Positions 59,471 to 64,000 of a stretch of 64,000 nucleotides of DNA are shown here, one piece after another. The translations under genes were made by a program, and so were the position numbers. Within the stretch, counting starts at the first letter, position 1; each line of letters starts with the position of its first letter. Below the pieces are notes generated by a model, which made no database searches, was not told the origin of the DNA, and saw nothing but the letters and a program-made list of their open reading frames with translations. The DNA comes from Salpingoeca rosetta (taxonomy: Eukaryota; Protista; Choanoflagellata): the NCBI GenBank assembly GCA_033442325.1, contig JAWQFM010000026.1:880147-944146 (forward strand), given 5' to 3'.

Positions 59471-61649
59471 GTGTGTGTGAATATGGGTGATCATGCTGTC
59501 GTCGATGCAACTATTATTTGTGTGTGTGTGTGTGTGTTTGATTGTTTACGTTTGTTGCCGCTTGACTTGCTTTGCTTTCTCGTTGGCCCAAGCCTTGCGT
59601 GCCCGTCTTATCCCCACGCGATGGGTTCTGTTTTATTGTTAAACACGCTGCGTTCATGACACACTTTCGTTGTTGCATCAATTAGCTACGATTTGCTCGG
59701 CCAGCACTTGGACTTCCAGAACATGTCCATCGCAAAGGGAAACTTGTCGTTCAACTTGGCATCCACCACCAATGAACTTCACCTCAACGGCAACATCTCC
59801 CTGCCCATCAAAGGCTTCTATCGTAAGACACCGTACACGACAAACAAGGGCATTCTTGAAGAAGCGTACTTTTGTGAATATGTTTGTTTGTTCGTATGTT
59901 TGGGTGTTTGTGTTCGTGTATGTGTATGTTTGGGTGTACGTGTGCGTATACACGAGTAGCCCGTTTAATCTTCATGCTGACAACTGCCACGACCCATTGT
60001 ATTTGCGGCAGACTTTTGCCACACGGGCCTTCTCTCCAAGAAGTGCTCCACTTATGGCATTTGCAAGGTGAGCACACGTGTGCATATATGTGTGTGTGTG
60101 TTCGTGTGGACGCGTTCAGTTTGGAGGTTTGTGACTGCCACTGACCGAGGCTGCTTCACCATGACATAAAGGCTGCTTTACTGCACTGTAACCTCACCAC
60201 TTGCATCCCCCACCCAACAATTGCTGACACCTGCTTCCGTGTCTTTACGCTTCGTGTTGCAGGGTGACTTCTCACTCAACGTGAGCGTGGCGACTGGCTT
60301 TGACGTTGCCATCAACGTGACCAACAAAGGAAAACTCAACATCGATGTGTCCGTGGCCGACTTCCAACTCACCGAGATTACCGACGACCTTTGTCCAGCG
60401 TACGCGTGCTGTGTTTGCCGTTGTGTTCGCTGTCGTCGTGCATGTTGTTACTTGGTTCCGCTCATGTACCTTATTGGATATGTTGTTTCTCCATGTTCAC
60501 ACACATTGTCTGCACACTGCTCACCCTTGCAATCCTTTATCTCCCCCGATTTCTCGCTTTCACTCACTCACTCACTCATCCTCTTCCCCATCTGCTGCCA
60601 TTGCCACTGAACAGGCTGGACAATGTGCTCAATTCCACGCTGTTGCAGAATGTGCTGACCAAAGTTGTCGACGGACTGCTCAAGGACGTGGCAAACGACC
60701 TGAGCACAGCGCTCACCAACATCACCAACAGCGGCTTCAACACCACGGCGGCGCACGTGTGGTGGTCGTACTCGCACCTCACGCAGAACACAAACACAAG
60801 CGCGATCATCCTGATGGACGTGACGGTCGCCAACGCGAGTGACGTGCCTGGGCCCGCGCAGCAGATTGCACAGCCGCCACTGCCCTCGCTCCAGGACGGC
60901 GACATCCACATGGTCAGTGATGGTGATCGATGGTGATCGATGGTGATCGATGGTGATCGATGGTGATTGAGTGGTGCCTGGGGCTGATAGTGAAGAAGGT
61001 GGTGGTGGTGGTGGTGGTGGTGGTTGAATCGAAAAGGATTTGGGTTAATGTGATGATGGTGGTGCAATGAGCCAAGAGATGATTTGTATGCTGCCACTGC
61101 GCTGCCCGTTGTTGGTGGCGCATTCCTCACCATCGCCATCGCCATCTCCATCACCACCGCTACCACCACGGCCACGTGACAACAGGTGATCGGGGACTCT
61201 GTGCTGACCAATGCCGTGTTCGTCCTCGCCCAGGCCGGCGCCCTCGACATTAACTCAGCCATTGACATTGGCAACGCGACCGCTGTCCTCAACGTCACCG
61301 TTGGTGCGCTGCTTGATGTGGTGGTGCTGTCGTACCATGGTGTTGTTGATGTGATGTTGAGTGTCCTTGTGTGGGATTAAGTTCTATTTCTTGCACCTTT
61401 CCTGTCCCGAATGTGCTCATCTCATTCACCGTCATCACAACGACCACCACCATCTTAAACACCACCAATCCCATCATCATCATCATGAACACCATCACTT
61501 CAACAGAGTCATCCCCCGCGCCTGTGATTGACTTCAACTCGACGTTTGAAACCATTCGCCTGACCTCCAAAGTCAAGATGCTTGTGCCCTTCACACCAAA
61601 CGACCACCTCAGATCCAGCATCGACCTCGCACTCAAGTTCAAGGCAAGT

Positions 61650-61736
<87 letters not shown>

Positions 61737-61957
61737 GTGTGTGTGTGAAACATAACTGGTTTGGTGTCGACACACATCTTCGCTTCCTTCTCACCCTTGA
61801 CTCTGTTCCCCACGCCCCGCCCCCACCCCTTGCCTTCGTCGACCACAGGTGAACGTGACGGAGATGAAGGTCAACGGGTCAGACGTCTTCCGCGTCAAAC
61901 TGCACATCAAGGAGCTCGCAATCACCAAGATCCACAGCTGCACAGGTGGGACAGGGA

Positions 61958-62046
<89 letters not shown>

Positions 62047-62828
62047 GATCAACATCTGTATCCAAATCTCATACGTAAGAATCCTCGACAACACTGCTTG
62101 TTTCGCATCACTCAAACACTTACAACATCATGATGTGTGCAGGCCCGTGTGAACTGATTAAGTTTGTGCAGCGCTTCCTGCCACACAACGGCGTGAAGAT
62201 TATCAACGATCAGCTCAAACAGGTGCCTGTTTGCATTCTGTTTGCATCCTGTTTGCATCCTGTTTGCTTGCAAGCACGGTTTGTACGCGATGAAGGATCT
62301 CACGAACACTCGCAGACGCACGCGCACGTACACGCACATGACACTGTTGCCTACTCACCCTCCCAATCATCCCATCCCTCACACACATACGTACGCACAC
62401 ACACTCTCACTCACACGCACACACACCCTCACTCACTCACACGCACACACTCACACACTCCCTCACACGCACACACTCACACACTCCCTCACTCACTCAC
62501 TCACACTCCCTCACTCACACACTCCTTCACTCACTCACACTCACACACTCCCTCACTCACTCCTTCTCCTTTTGTGTGGCAGCATCCGCTTGATGTGCCC
62601 AAGGGCGTCATCACCGACTTGAGAGCCGACTTTGGGCCGTCATATCTCAACGTGGCGCTGGGATTGGACGAAGCGTTTGTCACAACAGCGCTCACACACG
62701 CACTCGCACACACGCGTGCACAGCGGCTGCAGCTGGTGGAGGGTGTTGAGGATGGTGGGTTGGCGTGCCCGATTGAGACCAAGGCGAAGTGTGTCGACTC
62801 GCTCGCGTCTCTTGTGCAGGCGCCATAA
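59080..62828 (+). CDS. Secreted BPI/LBP/CETP-like lipid-binding protein, paralogue 2
   Basis: Signal peptide MARLSWRGSAGLVLAVVMAVVSG. Colinear with paralogue 1 (LPTCCYD, GFY, CST..xCK|GDFS, NTTxAxVxW, AQPPL..L.D.DIHx|VxGDSxLxN..FVLA..G.LD, DLRA....SY). Shares intron positions with paralogue 1. TAA at 62826-62828. Confidence 0.62.
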
Positions 62829-63040
62829 CTGGCAATGGTGCTGTGAGAGGTGGTGGTGGCGGTGGTGGCAGTGCTTGAAGGGGTCGTGGAGGGGCGTTAA
62901 CATCCAAGCCACTCTGAGTTTTCCCGCTGTGTTTTGTTGGTTGCCACTCGTTGGTCTGTTGGTTTGATTGCCGATGCGTTTATTGGGCAAACAGCTTGCA
63001 AGGGAAGTGGGGATGATGATGATGGTGATGATGATGGTGG

Positions 63041-63072
<32 letters not shown>

Positions 63073-63558
63073 GATGGTATGTCATTGCATTGTTTCGTAC
63101 AAGGGGTAAGAATGAAGTTACATGAAGTCAAGACGCGCAACAACAAGTCAACGTCACGTAATGCCAGATAAAAAACAAAAGAGGCGTTGACTGTGTTCGT
63201 ACAAGGAGATGCCAACGAACACAAACAACAAGCACAACAAATACAAACACAACACAACCAGGCGCCTTGGCAGCAGAAGAGGGAGCAAGAAGAACTGACG
63301 ATGAAGGGAAAGAAGAGCAATGGCAACGTGTGCACACAGCAACGCTGGCACACGCACAATGTGACAAGCAGCAGCATCAAAAGGGTGTTGGGAAGGGGGA
63401 TTGTTCCAACAACATTACAGCATGAACAAAACAAGGGAGCAGGCAGATTGGGCGAAGAATCAGGGAAAAGCAAAACAGAAAGCAACAGACGCAAGCATGA
63501 AAATTGTCTTCGCATCTTGGGGCATGAGGAATGAAGGCAAGGTCATCCCAAACATATC

Positions 63559-63593
<35 letters not shown>

Positions 63594-63716
63594 ACACACA
63601 CACACACGCACACTTTCTCTCTGTCTCTCTTGTTTCAGAAGTTGTGCTTGCAGGCGCGTGACAACACTACAACCACGCCAGAGCGCAAGCTCAATCACAG
63701 CACCAACACGTGGGTC

Positions 63717-63842
63717 TCAGTCGAGACCAACGGGTCCCTCGAGAACGGCGACAATGACGAGAGAGAGCGGATACAGCGAGAAGATCCACAGCGCGTCGAC
63801 CAGGCGGTGGGCCCGCATGTGCGCAGCGGCACCAACCACCAG
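63717..63842 (-). CDS. Probable terminal exon of a membrane-protein gene extending beyond the window
   Basis: Minus-strand acceptor (cacaacag) after a CA-rich tract, then a 42-codon frame LVVGAAAHMRAHRLVDALWIFSLYPLSLVIVAVLEGPVGLD-TGA. A plus-strand exon (63639-63859, AG...GTGAGT) is an alternative reading. Confidence 0.35.
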   Translation of the reverse strand: MVVGAAAHMRAHRLVDALWIFSLYPLSLVIVAVLEGPVGLD

Positions 63843-63859
63843 CTGTTGTGAGGCGCAGG

Positions 63860-63959
63860 GTGAGTGTGTGTGTGTGAGTGTATTTGTGGATATGTGAGTG
63901 TGTGTGTGAGTGTATTTGTGGATATGTGAGTGTGTGTGTGTGAGTGTATTTGTGGATAT

Positions 63960-63970
<11 letters not shown>
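63860..63970. repeat. Tandem ~30-bp unit (TG)n-AGTGTATTTGTGGATA x3
   Basis: Three copies of GTGAGTGTATTTGTGGATATGTG separated by variable TG runs. Confidence 0.85.
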
Positions 63971-63999
<29 letters not shown>

Positions 64000-64000
64000 T

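Overview
This is eukaryotic, intron-dense, microsatellite-rich genomic DNA. Gene content, GC-rich exons and (TG)n/(CA)n-filled introns suggest a choanoflagellate, probably Salpingoeca rosetta (inference, not checked). Four 100-N assembly gaps all abut microsatellites. Manual GT-AG exon stitching gives ten multi-exon genes in order: a membrane-anchored TPR-ankyrin-JmjC(JMJD8-like) protein (-, truncated by the window), an LRR receptor TKL kinase (+), mitochondrial Lon protease (+), a Piezo channel (-, 18 kb), a BPI/LBP-like lipid-binding protein (-), a steroid-sulfatase-like arylsulfatase (+), an MDC1-like FHA-SAP-tandem-BRCT protein (+), two tandem MTH1/NUDT1 paralogues (-) and a second BPI/LBP-like paralogue (+). 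One further probable exon lies at the right edge. Four observations stand out. (1) Introns show a systematic polarity, G/T repeats behind the donor and C/A repeats before the acceptor, often replacing the polypyrimidine tract, which suggests repeat-pairing-guided splicing. (2) A 394-bp TG...CA solo LTR with a 5-bp target-site duplication sits inside the kinase coding exon and could be spliced out in frame. (3) The MDC1-like protein carries SDTD and TQxF motifs plus an extra SAP domain. (4) Three head-to-head gene pairs are extremely tight, including BPI-like/sulfatase. No RNA genes or CRISPR arrays were seen. Exon boundaries are hand-derived and family comparisons are from recalled sequences, not database searches.
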